DNA from: Octopus bimaculoides
Taxonomy: Eukaryota
Assembly (NCBI RefSeq): GCF_001194135.2
Contig: NC_068993.1
Span: 5,981,377 to 6,045,376, forward strand
DNA length: 64,000 nt
Direction: 5' to 3'
The notes under the pieces were generated by a model that saw only the letters and a program-made list of their open reading frames with translations, was not told the origin of the DNA and made no database searches. Positions 38,376 through 53,030 of the stretch are shown here, one piece after another. Both the position numbers and the translations under genes were made by a program. The number at the start of each line of letters is the position of its first letter. Positions within the stretch are counted from its first letter, which is position 1.

Positions 38376-39908
38376 NNNNNNNNNNNNNNNNNNNNNNNNN
38401 NNNNNNNNNNNNNNNNNNNNNNNNNNNNNNNNNNNNNNNNNNNNNNNNNNNNNNNNNNNNNNNNNNNNNNNNNNNNNNNNNNNNNNNNNNNNNNNNNNNN
38501 NNNNNNNNNNNNNNNNNNNNNNNNNNNNNNNNNNNNNNNNNNNNNNNNNNNNNNNNNNNNNNNNNNNNNNNNNNNNNNNNNNNNNNNNNNNNNNNNNNNN
38601 NNNNNNNNNNNNNNNNNNNNNNNNNNNNNNNNNNNNNNNNNNNNNNNNNNNNNNNNNNNNNNNNNNNNNNNNNNNNNNNNNNNNNNNNNNNNNNNNNNNN
38701 NNNNNNNNNNNNNNNNNNNNNNNNNNNNNNNNNNNNNNNNNNNNNNNNNNNNNNNNNNNNNNNNNNNNNNNNNNNNNNNNNNNNNNNNNNNNNNNNNNNN
38801 NNNNNNNNNNNNNNNNNNNNNNNNNNNNNNNNNNNNNNNNNNNNNNNNNNNNNNNNNNNNNNNNNNNNNNNNNNNNNNNNNNNNNNNNNNNNNNNNNNNN
38901 NNNNNNNNNNNNNNNNNNNNNNNNNNNNNNNNNNNNNNNNNNNNNNNNNNNNNNNNNNNNNNNNNNNNNNNNNNNNNNNNNNNNNNNNNNNNNNNNNNNN
39001 NNNNNNNNNNNNNNNNNNNNNNNNNNNNNNNNNNNNNNNNNNNNNNNNNNNNNNNNNNNNNNNNNNNNNNNATATATATGTATGTATATGTATATATATA
39101 TATGTATATATATAATACAGGTACAAATAAATGCAGAAGCATACACACACACATATGTATAAGGAGATTTAGAGAGAGAGAGACGGGGTGGGAGGATGGG
39201 GCTGGAGTGAGAGAAGGCATTAAACGCTAGTTCCTTTTCTTTATCTACAGAAAGTCAAATCAATCTCCATGGTTTCACTGAAGCAGCGTATTAATAACAA
39301 CAAGAACAACAACAACAACAACAACAACAACATGAACAACGACAAGAACAATAGAAGCATCGACAATGAGGCCATGAATAGCGGCACCAATAAAAACTGC
39401 ATTAATGATAGTTTAGATTCAAGAAAACGAGTCGTTGAAATATGAGTGCGTACCTCGGGTTAAGTTCCGCAGTACAATGTCTAGGTACTTATTTTTAAAA
39501 GTTTGTCCACAATAATATAGGAGTGGAAACACATATCCCCCCTTGCCCTCCCCCACCCCGAGGTAATTAAAACTGCCTGTGCAGAGAATAAAGCATGCTA
39601 ATTAATCAGTGTTTGGTTCGTGTCCTCGGGTGTAGTAATACTTCGAAAATTCCTGCCAGTGTTATTATTATTGTTATTATTATTATGATGATGATGATTA
39701 TGATGATGGTGTTTCGGTGGTGGTGTTGGTGGTGGTAATAATGGTGGTGGTGATGGTGATGATGATGAAATTGATGATGACGATGAAGATGGCGTGGTGT
39801 TGGTGATGATGGTGGTGGTGGTGGTGATAATGATAAAGACGACGACGATGATGATGATGATGATGATGATGATGATAACGACGACGGTGGCGGTGGTGGT
39901 GATGACGT

Positions 39909-40780
39909 ATTCTTCCTAACTTTGGCATAAGACCTGCAACATTATGGAGAGAGAGTTAATCGATTAACTCGATCCCCCACATCTTGACTGATTCGTTATT
40001 TTATCGAACCCGAAAGGATAAACGCTAAGGTTGATTTTGGCAGGATTTGAACTCAGGTCGTAAAACATCGGAACAAATGCGCTTAGCATTTTATATACTC
40101 GAATGAATATACCAACTCGGAAGGCGGTGAGCTGGCAGAAACGTTAGCTCACCGCACGAAATGCTTAGCAGTATCAATACTCCGTCTTTACGTTCTGAGT
40201 TCAAATTCTTTCGTGGTCGAACTTGCTTTTCATCTCTTTTAGGATCGATTAATTAAGTACCAGTACAAGTCCTAATAATAATTTCTAATTTTGGCAAAAA
40301 GCCAGAGAGTTCAGGGGGTGGGTGGGGGCAAGTTGGTTACATGGACCTCAGTGCTCAACTGGTGCTTATTTTATCGACCCCGAAAGCGATGAAAGGCAAA
40401 ATTAACCAGGCTGAATTTGAACTCAGAACGTAAAGCTAAGCAGTTTGCCCGGCGTGCTAACGATTCTGCCAGCTCGCCGACTTAGATAACAATTATAATA
40501 TTAATATTAATTTTTTTCTCTCTTTACGTTCTAAGTTCAAATTCTGCCGATGTGTACTTTGCTTTTTATCCTTTCGGAATCAATAAAATAAATACTCGTT
40601 GAACATTGGGATTAATGTAATCGAATTAACCCCACCCGGAAATTGCTGGCCTTGTGCCAAAATTTGAAACCAATATTAGTAGTTCCTGACTTAGGAGGCA
40701 TAAGGCTAACAGTTTTGAGGGGAAGAGTTAATCGATGCCATCAATCCGAGAGTTCAGCAGATGTTTTATTTTATCGACTC
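39909..40780. mobile_element. Cluster of five SINE family A copies in alternating orientation (- + - + -)
   Basis: Approximately 39909-40092(-), 40126-40265(+), 40280-40480(-), 40520-40676(+), 40685-40780(-). Confidence 0.85.
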
Positions 40781-41244
40781 CTGCGTGTAACAACAATAAC
40801 AAAAAGCTGGATGCATAAATAAAGCAGAAATGCCCTTAACTTGAAACGGAAACCACTTCATTATCTCGGTTCATCGATTGTTTATCTCCTGTATCTATTT
40901 ACCAGCATCGATACATTTAATCACTGGCCATTTAGTGTTTGCGGTCGAACGGATGATGCGTGATAGCTGTACACGGCTGTTTCTCTGGGTCAGTTGACCA
41001 TTGGAATACAATATTAGCTAATGTCACGACAAAAGTCATCGTTAAAAGTCAACATCTTATTGAGATATCGATCATTTAACAATCGTTTAAAGGTTGCCTC
41101 ACTAGATACCTGTGTTCCGTTTATATAAGACACTAAAACGTAAACAAATGAATCCGTAAGTAGGAATATTATGAACTCCAAGATGGCTGTGTTCATAGGG
41201 AGTCTCTCGGAAGATCGATGGTAGGTGACAAATCACAAAATATT

Positions 41245-41404
41245 CTTTTCTACTCTAGGCACAAGGCCCGAAATTTTAGGGGAGGGGGCCAGTCGATTAG
41301 ATTGACCCTAGTACGCAACTGGTACATAATTTATCGTCCCGAAAGGATGTAAAGCAAAGTTGACCTCGGCAGAATTTGAACTCAGAACGTAAAGACAGAC
41401 GAAT
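41245..41404 (-). mobile_element. 5'-truncated SINE family A with 15-bp TSD
   Basis: TSD AAATCACAAAATATT at 41230-41244 and 41405-41419. Confidence 0.92.
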
Positions 41405-41714
41405 AAATCACAAAATATTGTAATCCTTTGACGATACAAAAATCCTGTTATTTTTGTTTTTTAAATTTTTGGTTTGATGGACATTTGGAATCAAAAGTTC
41501 AATTTATTACATCGGCAGAGAAACACATATTTATGCAAGATATTTATAATGAAAGAATCTGCCCCAGTTTACATCGACTGTAGAAGGATGAAATGTGATA
41601 TAATCCTTAACGTAAGAAGTATTCAAATTATAGAATCATCATCAAATGTGCTGCAAGCAATAAGGGCCATAGATATCGGTATACTCTAGGGGTGGGGTGG
41701 AGGCAATATTCTGC

Positions 41715-41860
41715 AAGCCCCGCACGCTCGAAGCTATTTTCAAGCGAAGGAAGTGGAGCAACGTGAAATTCAAAGCCATCACATGCCGCCGTCAGGGAAT
41801 CGAAACTATGATTTTACAATCATGTGTCTATCACCCTAACCACTAAGTCACGTAACCTCA
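41715..41860 (-). mobile_element. tRNA-derived SINE family D copy
   Basis: GGAGCAACGTGAAAT..GGAATCGAAAC..CACCCTAACCACTAAG, homologous to 46441-46733. Confidence 0.7.
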
Positions 41861-41943
41861 GAGAATCACGGAACGATGAAATTAATGGTGTAAGCAATTT
41901 ATTTCTGAGTTACGCTATATATATTTGTGAAATTTTGCATTTA

Positions 41944-42015
41944 GTTCACGGACCCACAGTACTACTACCTTTGCGGACCGCCAGGGGTCCACGGACCCTT
42001 GATTGGGAACCACTG
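41944..42015. mobile_element. hAT/Charlie-like MITE terminal fragment
   Basis: Ends ..GGTCCACGGACCCTTGATTGGGAACCACTG (rc CAGTGGTTCCCAA, a typical Charlie-type TIR) with repeated GGACC subterminal motifs; partner end not seen. Confidence 0.55.
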
Positions 42016-42487
42016 GTGTATGCATTGATTTTCAAAAAGACCAGTGTTGTAGGCAGAACACCTTTTATGAAAGATCTGCTTGATTCAGGTCTGACCTGAG
42101 GCTTAACCACAACAACAGCAACACTCACGAAAACAGCTTATATAACACTGTAACAACATTATAGATCGATATTTAAACTGATTAACTGCGCACATAGAAT
42201 TAATCTCGATCGATCCTTTAGGAAAGTAAAACAATGAATACATTCTCTGTCAATTCCGAACTCCTTTCAAATTCCAGCAAATCGTATACGTTGTTAAAAT
42301 TAAATCCAAGACACGTTCTGTAATTCTGTAATTTATTTTGTAGTTTTCGGCGATTAATTTGCTTAAATTCATTTGCAGAGAAAATATTCAATCAGTAGTC
42401 AAATTATTGAACACTTTTGATAATCCAATAAACAAATCCAGCAATCTCAATACGAACAAAGGTGGAATCAAATGAAGTTAAGTCTGC

Positions 42488-42534
42488 AGTATTTCTCATA
42501 GAATTCTTCGAAGTATTTCTCATAGAATTCTTCG
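42488..42534. repeat. 24-bp period tandem duplication
   Basis: AGTATTTCTCATAGAATTCTTCG at 42488 and 42512. Confidence 0.9.
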
Positions 42535-43684
42535 TAGTTGAGTCAATGCACCATCTCATGATGGATACTTGCGGCGCATGATGAGTTCCACGAACGAGGT
42601 AATATACGGCTTTTGTGCCCAGTCGGTAGAAAACCATTATTAAGTATTAACCAAGTAAATGGCGCTGTAGAAATAGCAGAGCATCCGATTAAAACGGATT
42701 ATAATGTACTGTTGTATATCAATCACCAGTGTTAACATTGTATGTTGTTAAGATTATTTCTGCTTAGTTAGACGCAAAGGATGTATTACTAAGAAGAGTT
42801 TAGTTGTAGGGAAGTAAATTGTAATGGTAAAAGTCTGTGGATGTTTTGAAGAATATATCTAGTCTCATGAGGTGTCGTCACTGACTTTTTATTGCAAAAA
42901 TGTTTGCTTGTGTATGTGTGCGTGTGTGTGTTTGTGGGTGGGTGTCTTTTGGGTGATGGAGGAAACATTGATGATGTGTCTCATTTGGTTAACTCCATGA
43001 TCACTTCTCTTGGTATCCGCTATTCAATGTTTCTTTGCCGGCGGGATTATGAGCTAAAAATGAGCAAACGAAGGGGATTATAGAACGACGAAATATGATA
43101 ACGTAAACGATTTATTCCTGTGATATTCCATTTCTGTCACTACATCTACTCACAGAGTCAGAAACATCTCAGAAAATACCTCAAAGAAATATCTCATACT
43201 GGACACGATAGCCGGAACTGATACACACACTCACAAACACACGGTCTATTTTTTAAATTCGTATAAGCGCGCGCGCATACACACATAGTGGACTCTCCCG
43301 TCGGCTTCGCCGCATGAAGATCCTACAACCGATATAATTGATGATAGGCTACCCACACAGGTGAATTGTTTTCTATGGTGAAGGCTTGTGTAAGACCCTA
43401 ATCCTAACTCCGATAACAGACAGTTATGCAAATGTTTGCCACAAACGCCATGACCAACCAAGGTTTCAAACCCTGAATTTGTCGTGGCTTTTGCTAGTTC
43501 TGCTGGATAAAAAAAAATACTTCTTATCGACTAATCCTGTTGACATTCTGGAAAAAGGTCAGACATCTTATCATTGTTTCTTCATCGATTCTTTTCTCTT
43601 TCCTTTCAGTAAAGAAAGTTAACGCAGACTGATAAGTTTTGCCCGTCTATTGTCATTCTTTGTAGATTGTTCGGCAACATTAAC

Positions 43685-43740
<56 letters not shown>

Positions 43741-44227
43741 NNNNNNNNNNNNNNNNNNNNNNNNNNNNNNNNNNNNNNNNNNNNNNNNNNNNNNNNNNNN
43801 NNNNNNNNNNNNNNNNNNNNNNNNNNNNNNNNNNNNNNNNNNNNNNNNNNNNNNNNNNNNNNNNNNNNNNNNNNNNNNNNNNNNNNNNNNNNNNNNNNNN
43901 NNNNNNNNNNNNNNNNNNNNNNNNNNNNNNNNNNNNNNNNNNNNNNNNNNNNNNNNNNNNNNNNNNNNNNNNNNNNNNNNNNNNNNNNNNNNNNNNNNNN
44001 NNNNNNNNNNNNNNNNNNNNNNNNNNNNNNNNNNNNNNNNNNNNNNNNNNNNNNNNNNNNNNNNNNNNNNNNNNNNNNNNNNNNNNNNNNNNNNNNNNNN
44101 NNNNNNNNNNNNNNNNNNNNNNNNNNNNNNNNNNNNNNNNNNNNNNNNNNNNNNNNNNNNNNNNNNNNNNNNNNNNNNNNNNNNNNNNNNNNNNNNNNNN
44201 NNNNNNNNNNNNNNNNNNNNNNNNNNN

Positions 44228-44277
<50 letters not shown>

Positions 44278-44631
44278 GAAAGAGATTAAAATGGAGATGG
44301 TGACAAAGTCATTCGCAGCTAAAACACCAAAACTCTTTTCAGTCGTTATTCTCAATTTCCAGTCCAAACCGCTTTATATATATCATTCCAATGGTCATTC
44401 AATATATATATATCATACAGGCATTGGAACAAAGATCCGAACCCATAAGTTTTGAAGTGATCTGATACAGTGGTAGCTTCTCCACGCGGTCAGTGTGACT
44501 TCCGCTCACAAACCGTTAGTTATAGTTAGCTATAAACGACGAAGATTGGGATGGGGAAATCGATTTTCTGGAAATAAATTCATCGTTGCGTTGTTTCTAG
44601 ATAGGACTTATCTGCTAAAGAGTTCCTCTAT

Positions 44632-44671
<40 letters not shown>

Positions 44672-44823
44672 TCACACCCATACATACATACACAAACATT
44701 CATAAAAACAGGGTAACGCTTGACAAAAACACAGAAACATAGATGTACACCAACAGATATATCTCGTTTATCTATCTAGCTCCCAATAAAATTCTCTACT
44801 TATACATATCTACTGTGTATATA

Positions 44824-44889
<66 letters not shown>

Positions 44890-45145
44890 GTATATATACA
44901 TATATATATATATATATATAGGTATGTATATATGTATATCGAGAGATAGATATAGATAAGGGTGTGTGTATACGTACATACGTGTATTATCTGCATGTGT
45001 ATGTATACACGATTGCCGCGTGTTTTCTGTGTGTTTGTTTTTTTGTAAAAGTCGTTGTTTTCTATAATATACAAAGATGCGTGTGTGTACATCACTATTT
45101 TCATAAATATATACGTATATACATACACCTATATAAATGCATTGC

Positions 45146-45201
<56 letters not shown>

Positions 45202-45510
45202 TGGTGTATATAGTTTTATATATACAAACATATATATGCAAATTTGTGTATATATGCAAATTTGTGTATATGTATATATATATACATATATACATATATA
45301 CACGCACGTACATATGTGTATATATTTGCTTGTGTTTGTTTTTTGTCTTTCATTCTGTTGTCTCAAAACAAAAGTGAATGGCGAGTTAATTACTTGGAAA
45401 AGGAGGGCGTGGAACTTACGTGTGTATGCGTATGTATGTATGTGTGTCCGCGTGCGTCTGTGTGCGTCTGTGTGCTTGTGTCTGTATGTGTATATGTGTG
45501 CACACAGACA

Positions 45511-45548
<38 letters not shown>

Positions 45549-46148
45549 TGATCTGATGTGTTTATATATAGCTTATCACTTGGAAATGAGACCCGGGATG
45601 GGAGGAGGACAAACAAAGACACAAACACTTAAAATATATATTTATAGCACACTATATCGCCATCCATAATGGCCAACATAAATAAAAGAGGATCAATCGC
45701 TGCAATTGAATATAAGTGAATTAAATACAAATAAAAACAGCATATGAAACAAGAGCGGAAATAACGGCAGGAAAGTTATTGCAAGAAAAATCGCCATATT
45801 AAATAGCGCTTCTCTGTTTACACGCTGCAGTCTGCTCACTGAAATGTCTAGATGTCTACGTTTATGTATGTATGTATGTATGTATGTATGTATGTATGTG
45901 TGTGTGTGTGTGTATGTATGTGTGTGTATGTATGTGTGTGTGTGTGCATGTGTGTATTTATGTTTGTATGTATGTTTATGCATGTATGTATCTATCTGAT
46001 TGTCTATCTGTCTGTGTATATATCTGTCTCTCTGTCTGTTTCTTTCTATCTGTATACGCTCCCCCCCCCACACACTGGTATACACACTCTCTCACACACA
46101 GAGAGATGCACGCACACATACACGCACACATATATATGTATATGTTTA

Positions 46149-46215
<67 letters not shown>

Positions 46216-46234
46216 TTTATCTGTTTATTTGCTT

Positions 46235-46395
46235 CAGTCCTTAGCTCGTGGCCATACTGGGGCAGCACCTTGAAGAATTTCTAGTTGAATGAATCAACCC
46301 CACTACGTATTTTAAAGTACGCTACTTATTTTATTTGTTACGTTTTGCCAACCTCTAAGTTACAGGGCATACACAAACCAACACAGGTTGCCATG
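46235..46395 (-). mobile_element. SINE family B 3' part
   Basis: TTCAGTCC..GGCCATACTGGGGCAGCACC..TAAGTTACAGGG. Confidence 0.7.
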
Positions 46396-46399
46396 GGCG

Positions 46400-46733
46400 A
46401 GAAAGCCAGGCAGAGTCCATCCCTCTCCAGGCTAAAGTCATTTCTACAGCTGAGTGCATTGTAGTCACGTGAAATGATTTGTTTTACTCAAGGACACAAC
46501 GGATCACACGGTCCAGGGATCGAAACCACAATCTTACGATCGTTAATCCAACACCCTAACCACTAAGCGACGCGCCTCCACTAGTGGTACTCATTTCTAC
46601 AGCTAAGTGGACTGGAGCAACGTGAAGTGAAGTGATTTGCTCAAGAACACAGCGCATTGCCCGGTCCAGGAGTGAAAACCACAATGTTACGATCGTGAGT
46701 CCAACACCTTAACCAGTAAGCCACTCGCCTCTC
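46400..46733 (-). mobile_element. Two tandem copies of tRNA-derived SINE family D
   Basis: Units 46400-46579 and 46583-46733; minus-strand head GGAGGCGCGTCGCTTAGTGGTTAGGGTGTTGG..GGTTTCGATCCC has A/B-box-like motifs. Confidence 0.8.
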
Positions 46734-47879
46734 AACCTATGTATACAAATACATAATTTTATGAATGTATATTGTGGATGAATGAGTAAGAAATTCGCTT
46801 TGCAACCATGCCAGGAGGCCTTGAGTTTGATCCCCTTATCTGGAATCTTGCGCAAATGTCATCTATAAATTCTAGTCGAGCCAGACATTGTGAGGGAAAT
46901 TGGATAGAAAGAAATTCCGTTAAATGTGTTGTACATGTAATTCAAGAACACAATCTCGTCCAATTCTGTGTTTTGTTGATTCTGCCTTGGAATTATATCA
47001 AGGATACGGTTGTCTGTGGAATACTCAGCCACTTACAGGCTAATTCGCTGAGCTTAGAAGTACAATTATCGGAAAACCGAAAACTCTTGGCTGGAAATTC
47101 TTACCGAGGTCTACTTACATACAGGTTGTCGCAAAAAAAAAAAAATAATAAAAAGGAAACTCTATTCACCTTTTAACAAATGATAACTCATTTAAATTTC
47201 ATTTGTTTTAGATTTTATCCATAAAAAATAATGAAGGCAGCCAGACTAAGGTTTGNNNNNNNNNNNNNNNNNNNNNNNNNNNNNNNNNNNNNNNNNNNNN
47301 NNNNNNNNNNNNNNNNNNNNNNNNNNNNNNNNNNNNNNNNNNNNNNNNNNNNNNNNNNNNNNNNNNNNNNNNNNNNNNNNNNNNNNNNNNNNNNNNNNNN
47401 NNNNNNNNNNNNNNNNNNNNNNNNNNNNNNNNNNNNNNNNNNNNNNNNNNNNNNNNNNNNNNNNNNNNNNNNNNNNNNNNNNNNNNNNNNNNNNNNNNNN
47501 NNNNNNNNNNNNNNNNNNNNNNNNNNNNNNNNNNNNNNNNNNNNNNNNNNNNNNNNNNNNNNNNNNNNNNNNNNNNNNNNNNNNNNNNNNNNNNNNNNNN
47601 NNNNNNNNNNNNNNNNNNNNNNNNNNNNNNNNNNNNNNNNNNNNNNNNNNNNNNNNNNNNNNNNNNNNNNNNNNNNNNNNNNNNNNNNNNNNNNNNNNNN
47701 NNNNNNNNNNNNNNNNNNNNNNNNNNNNNNNNNNNNNNNNNNNNNNNNNNNNNNNNNNNNNNNNNNNNNNNNNNNNNNNNNNNNNNNNNNNNNNNNNNNN
47801 NNNNNNNNNNNNNNNNNNNNNNNNNNNNNNNNNNNNNNNNNNNNNNNNNNNNNNNNNNNNNNNNNNNNNNNNNNNNNNN

Positions 47880-47918
<39 letters not shown>

Positions 47919-48565
47919 TAGATAGATAGATAGATCTATTCACATATCCCAGAGCATCAATTTCTGTCTTCACTTAAACAACAAAACCTCTTTCACTTTT
48001 AGTAGCTAGCTTAAATTCTGCAACGGGAGAAAAATCCCTTAAAGTAATCCCAAATAAACATACATGCATCTTCACCTAACTCCAGCAACGTGTGTGCAGA
48101 ACGATAACCCGTTATGCCGAGCATTCTATTTACGGAAGCAGCGTGGAGTAATAAATTAAATTGCCTAGTTAGTAACATATCGATTCACGTTTAGCTAGCT
48201 TCTATATTCTGATTTTTTATTTATTCTTATATATCGATGGCTGGTGGATAGAATGATATGACGCATAAACTCGAGAAATGATATTGAACGGGAGAGAATC
48301 GATCTGCCTCATATAATATCTGTTCCGTTTTGTTTTTGTTCAACATCCACTATTTATTTCGTTTTCATTTCCTTATTTTTTGTTTTTGGTTTTCCGTTTT
48401 CTTTTTTGGTGATGGTGGTTTCTATGACGTAACCACAACTTAATATCTTTCGTTCATTCACACCTCTACAATTGAGAATTATCACGAATGTTCGTGTAAA
48501 ATTATGTATGTGTGTATGTATGCGTGTGTGCATGTAAATTTATATATACACATATATGAGTATGC

Positions 48566-48613
<48 letters not shown>

Positions 48614-49733
48614 NNNNNNNNNNNNNNNNNNNNNNNNNNNNNNNNNNNNNNNNNNNNNNNNNNNNNNNNNNNNNNNNNNNNNNNNNNNNNNNNNNNNNNN
48701 NNNNNNNNNNNNNNNNNNNNNNNNNNNNNNNNNNNNNNNNNNNNNNNNNNNNNNNNNNNNNNNNNNNNNNNNNNNNNNNNNNNNNNNNNNNNNNNNNNNN
48801 NNNNNNNNNNNNNNNNNNNNNNNNNNNNNNNNNNNNNNNNNNNNNNNNNNNNNNNNNNNNNNNNNNNNNNNNNNNNNNNNNNNNNNNNNNNNNNNNNNNN
48901 NNNNNNNNNNNNNNNNNNNNNNNNNNNNNNNNNNNNNNNNNNNNNNNNNNNNNNNNNNNNNNNNNNNNNNNNNNNNNNNNNNNNNNNNNNNNNNNNNNNN
49001 NNNNNNNNNNNNNNNNNNNNNNNNNNNNNNNNNNNNNNNNNNNNNNNNNNNNNNNNNNNNNNNNNNNNNNNNNNNNNNNNNNNNNNNNNNNNNNNNNNNN
49101 NNNNNNNNNNNNNNNNNNNNNNNNNNNNNNNNNNNNNNNNNNNNNATATATATATATATATATATATATATATACGCACATGTATGTGGCTATATGAAAA
49201 ATCTGTGCTTTCATACTAACGCTATACACGCACACAGACACATATATATGTATACACAATTCCACATACATACACACACTCCCACAGAAACACACACAGA
49301 CAAATTACTCATCATTCTAACACGTTCTCACATCATTTTCCTCATTTTATTATTTCACAACTCACCACACACCGCATCTTTCATTACAGCCCTTGTGTTT
49401 TTTTTTCTTATTCATTTTATATTTATCTTTTTTATTTATATTCACCAAATATATATCATTATTACAAATGGTGGTTCCTTTCCTTATCTGAAGGGTAACA
49501 TTGTCTGTTGCACAATGGACATGTGCAATTGCTATATTATTTGACGATTTATGTACGCATGCATCATTTCCAGATTCGCTGCTTGACTGTATATACGTGA
49601 GCATGCGTTATATCGCTGTAATGTGTACACTCGTATTGCTTCTCTTATACGTGCGATTACAGAATGTGATGAACAAAGCCTAAATCCTCACAAACAGCGT
49701 TTCTAAATAGGTATTCCTATACGTTACGCGCAC

Positions 49734-49765
<32 letters not shown>

Positions 49766-49959
49766 TCGTACACACATACACAACACATACACAAACACAT
49801 ACAGACACACAACACACACACTCGTACACACACAACATACTCAAATGCACACACAATACACACACACATGCAAACACACACATACATACACACACGGATA
49901 TGTATGTATGTATGTCATTATTCAGTTTTGTTTCAAGATTTCTTGCCAATAGAGAAAGA

Positions 49960-50115
49960 GCCGGTTTCTAACCTAGACCGAAAACTCCTTCGGGAAGAAT
50001 TGAGGGGAGAATTGGTGAATATCATCGACCCCAGTTCTTGAATGATACATTGCTTTTTTTATCGACACTGGAAGGATTAATGGCAAAGTTGACGTCGGTG
50101 GAACTTGGATGGAGA
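49960..50115 (-). mobile_element. Degenerate SINE family A
   Basis: CATCGACCCCAG..TTTTATCGACAC..GAAGGAT..GGCAAAGTTGAC. Confidence 0.7.
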
Positions 50116-50127
50116 ACGAAACAACTA

Positions 50128-50412
50128 CAGTTGAAATTCCTTTAACCGAAATTCCAAAAATCCGAAAACTTTTATGGTGTATGACAAACAGAAAATTCCA
50201 CAAAAGCTGAGAAGAATCCTCCAAATACAGCTGATTAGTGATGTTTAATTTATATATTGCGAAATATAAATGGATACTGTGTTTAGAATTGGGTCCCGTC
50301 CCCAAGCAGTCTCATTTTATACATGCAAATATAGAATGCTCTGAAATCCGAAAAGATTCGAGATTCAGAACCTTTAGAATTTCACGAATTTCGAATAAGG
50401 GATTCTCGACTG
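50128..50412. mobile_element. pogo/Tigger-like MITE (285 bp) with TA TSDs
   Basis: TA|CAGTTGAAATTCCTTTAACCGAAATTC ... rc TA|CAGTCGAGAATCCCTTATTCGAAATTC (21/27 identical), with subterminal AAATCCGAAAA motifs at both ends. Confidence 0.7.
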
Positions 50413-50759
50413 TATTCTATTCAGCTCACAGCAGTCTGTATACATCAGTGTTTATCCCAAGTCGTCAAAAGTAATCTGCTTTTACAGTTTCCAGTAAAAA
50501 AAAAATAAATAAATATACAATGCGAGCATTTATTTCACTGAGACGTAAAAATGTAAAACCGAGCATGAAAATAGCAAGCAAAAATAAGAACCAGAAAAAT
50601 CACACGAACAATGAGTAAATAAAAGTTTTAGATCTAAGTTGAAAACATGGCTATAACAAAATAAAAATAGTTCTTGTGTATTAGTGTTTGGGTAATATAT
50701 ACACACACATATATATGAAGGTATAAACGTAAGTATGCTTGTATATATGTATGTTTATG

Positions 50760-50817
<58 letters not shown>

Positions 50818-51729
50818 TATATGTACATGTGTGTGTGTGAGCATTGGTATAAATCTTTGTTCATGTACATATATTATAGATATGCATATACGAACATATA
50901 TGTATAAATGTATACGTATGCACATACATGAATATATATACACGTCTGTGCATAGACAGATAACTAGAAAAACAGAGAACTAAAAAGATTGATAGAGAGA
51001 GATATAATTAGACACATATACAAACAGACGTTCACATACGCACACTAACATACACACACGTACACAGACAAACACACAAACACAAACATACACACATATG
51101 GTTTTACATCATATTGGTAATTTCAGTAGAAAAAAGAAAAAGTAGTCAAACAAACGAAGAAACAAAATAGAGAAAACAAACAAGTAATACAAACAAATAA
51201 TACAAACAAAGAATGTATATAACAAATAAAGAGAAAAACTTGACTGAAAGTCGCTTATGATTAAAAAATATCTCAAGCAGTCTATCTTTAGTAATATTTT
51301 ATGACATTTCTAGGTCGTAAACATAACTCTTTAAGACTGTTTCAACTACGTTTTACATGCACCTGATGCACGTATACATGCGCATACACAGCAACACACA
51401 TAAGCACATTCACACAAACACACACACACACACACACTCATATTCACACACATATGAGCACGCGCGCACCCAGACACACACACATACACACTCACAAACA
51501 CGCACTGCACCAAAGTCTAAATAATTCTTTATCTGTCTGAGGCGTTTATTTTCGCCTTTCTATGTATTGCAATTGCTATACGTATACGTATATGTACCTG
51601 TGTGTGTGTATATACTCACAAACACGCACACGTACAAACCACACGCACACACACGTACGTCAAGCATATTCTACTCAGTAGTAAAAGCATGTGAAACTAT
51701 GATAGACAAATAGACATATACATGCATAC

Positions 51730-51789
<60 letters not shown>

Positions 51790-52222
51790 NNNNNNNNNNN
51801 NNNNNNNNNNNNNNNNNNNNNNNNNNNNNNNNNNNNNNNNNNNNNNNNNNNNNNNNNNNNNNNNNNNNNNNNNNNNNNNNNNNNNNNNNNNNNNNNNNNN
51901 NNNNNNNNNNNNNNNNNNNNNNNNNNNNNNNNNNNNNNNNNNNNNNNNNNNNNNNNNNNNNNNNNNNNNNNNNNNNNNNNNNNNNNNNNNNNNNNNNNNN
52001 NNNNNNNNNNNNNNNNNNNNNNNNNNNNNNNNNNNNNNNNNNNNNNNNNNNNNNNNNNNNNNNNNNNNNNNNNNNNNNNNNNNNNNNNNNNNNNNNNNNN
52101 NNNNNNNNNNNNNNNNNNNNNNNNNNNNNNNNNNNNNNNNNNNNNNNNNNNNNNNNNNNNNNNNNNNNNNNNNNNNNNNNNNNNNNNNNNNNNNNNNNNN
52201 NNNNNNNNNNNNNNNNNNNNNN

Positions 52223-52266
<44 letters not shown>

Positions 52267-52754
52267 GCACACACAGAGGTATGTATTTAATTATGTATAT
52301 AAATATGTATGCATGTTATATGTTTTGAAGAACTTATATAAGGTTAGCTGAGTTAGAGGTTAAAATAACCGTCTAACGGATAGAAGTATCCATTACACTA
52401 CCGGTATATTACCTCTGCTTAACCATGGGCATACATATGCAAGCATATTATGCTCATAAATTATAGGCAAAGATAAGGATAAATATGAATTTATCACACA
52501 CACAATAAAATATATCAAACAAATTGAATGAATGCCTGAAACTACCGGAATAGAAATTTTTTTATTCATTTATAGCTTGAGGATAAACATTATTTGTCAT
52601 AAAACTCTATTTTTTAGAGGTTCCACCAATACGAATGCCAAATTTCATGCGCTCACACACGTATGCCTCCTACTATCTCAAGCACATACACATACAGTTA
52701 AAAGTCGTCTCTGTGTTTTTGTGTGCATGTATTAATAGCGTTCGTCTCTCTCTC

Positions 52755-52796
<42 letters not shown>

Positions 52797-52829
52797 NNNN
52801 NNNNNNNNNNNNNNNNNNNNNNNCTCTCA

Positions 52830-52868
<39 letters not shown>

Positions 52869-52957
52869 CATGCCATTCTCACAGTTGGACATTGTTTATG
52901 CCACAGGAATTTATCTTTAACACTTTAATACAGTAGACACATAATAAATTCGGCGAA

Positions 52958-52961
<4 letters not shown>

Positions 52962-53030
<69 letters not shown>
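52962..53030. repeat. (ATT)n microsatellite
   Basis: Direct reading of the sequence. Confidence 0.95.

Noticed and set aside
41014-41196. Minus-strand ORF MNTAILEFIIFLL.. as GPCR TM1 or N-terminus
   Set aside because: No GN motif or TM2 segment; hydrophobicity is explained by AT-rich composition.
46500-46579. tRNA genes in SINE heads (also 17411, 19640-19712, 36900-36990)
   Set aside because: Only A/B-box-like motifs; I could not build a complete cloverleaf, and each continues into a SINE body.
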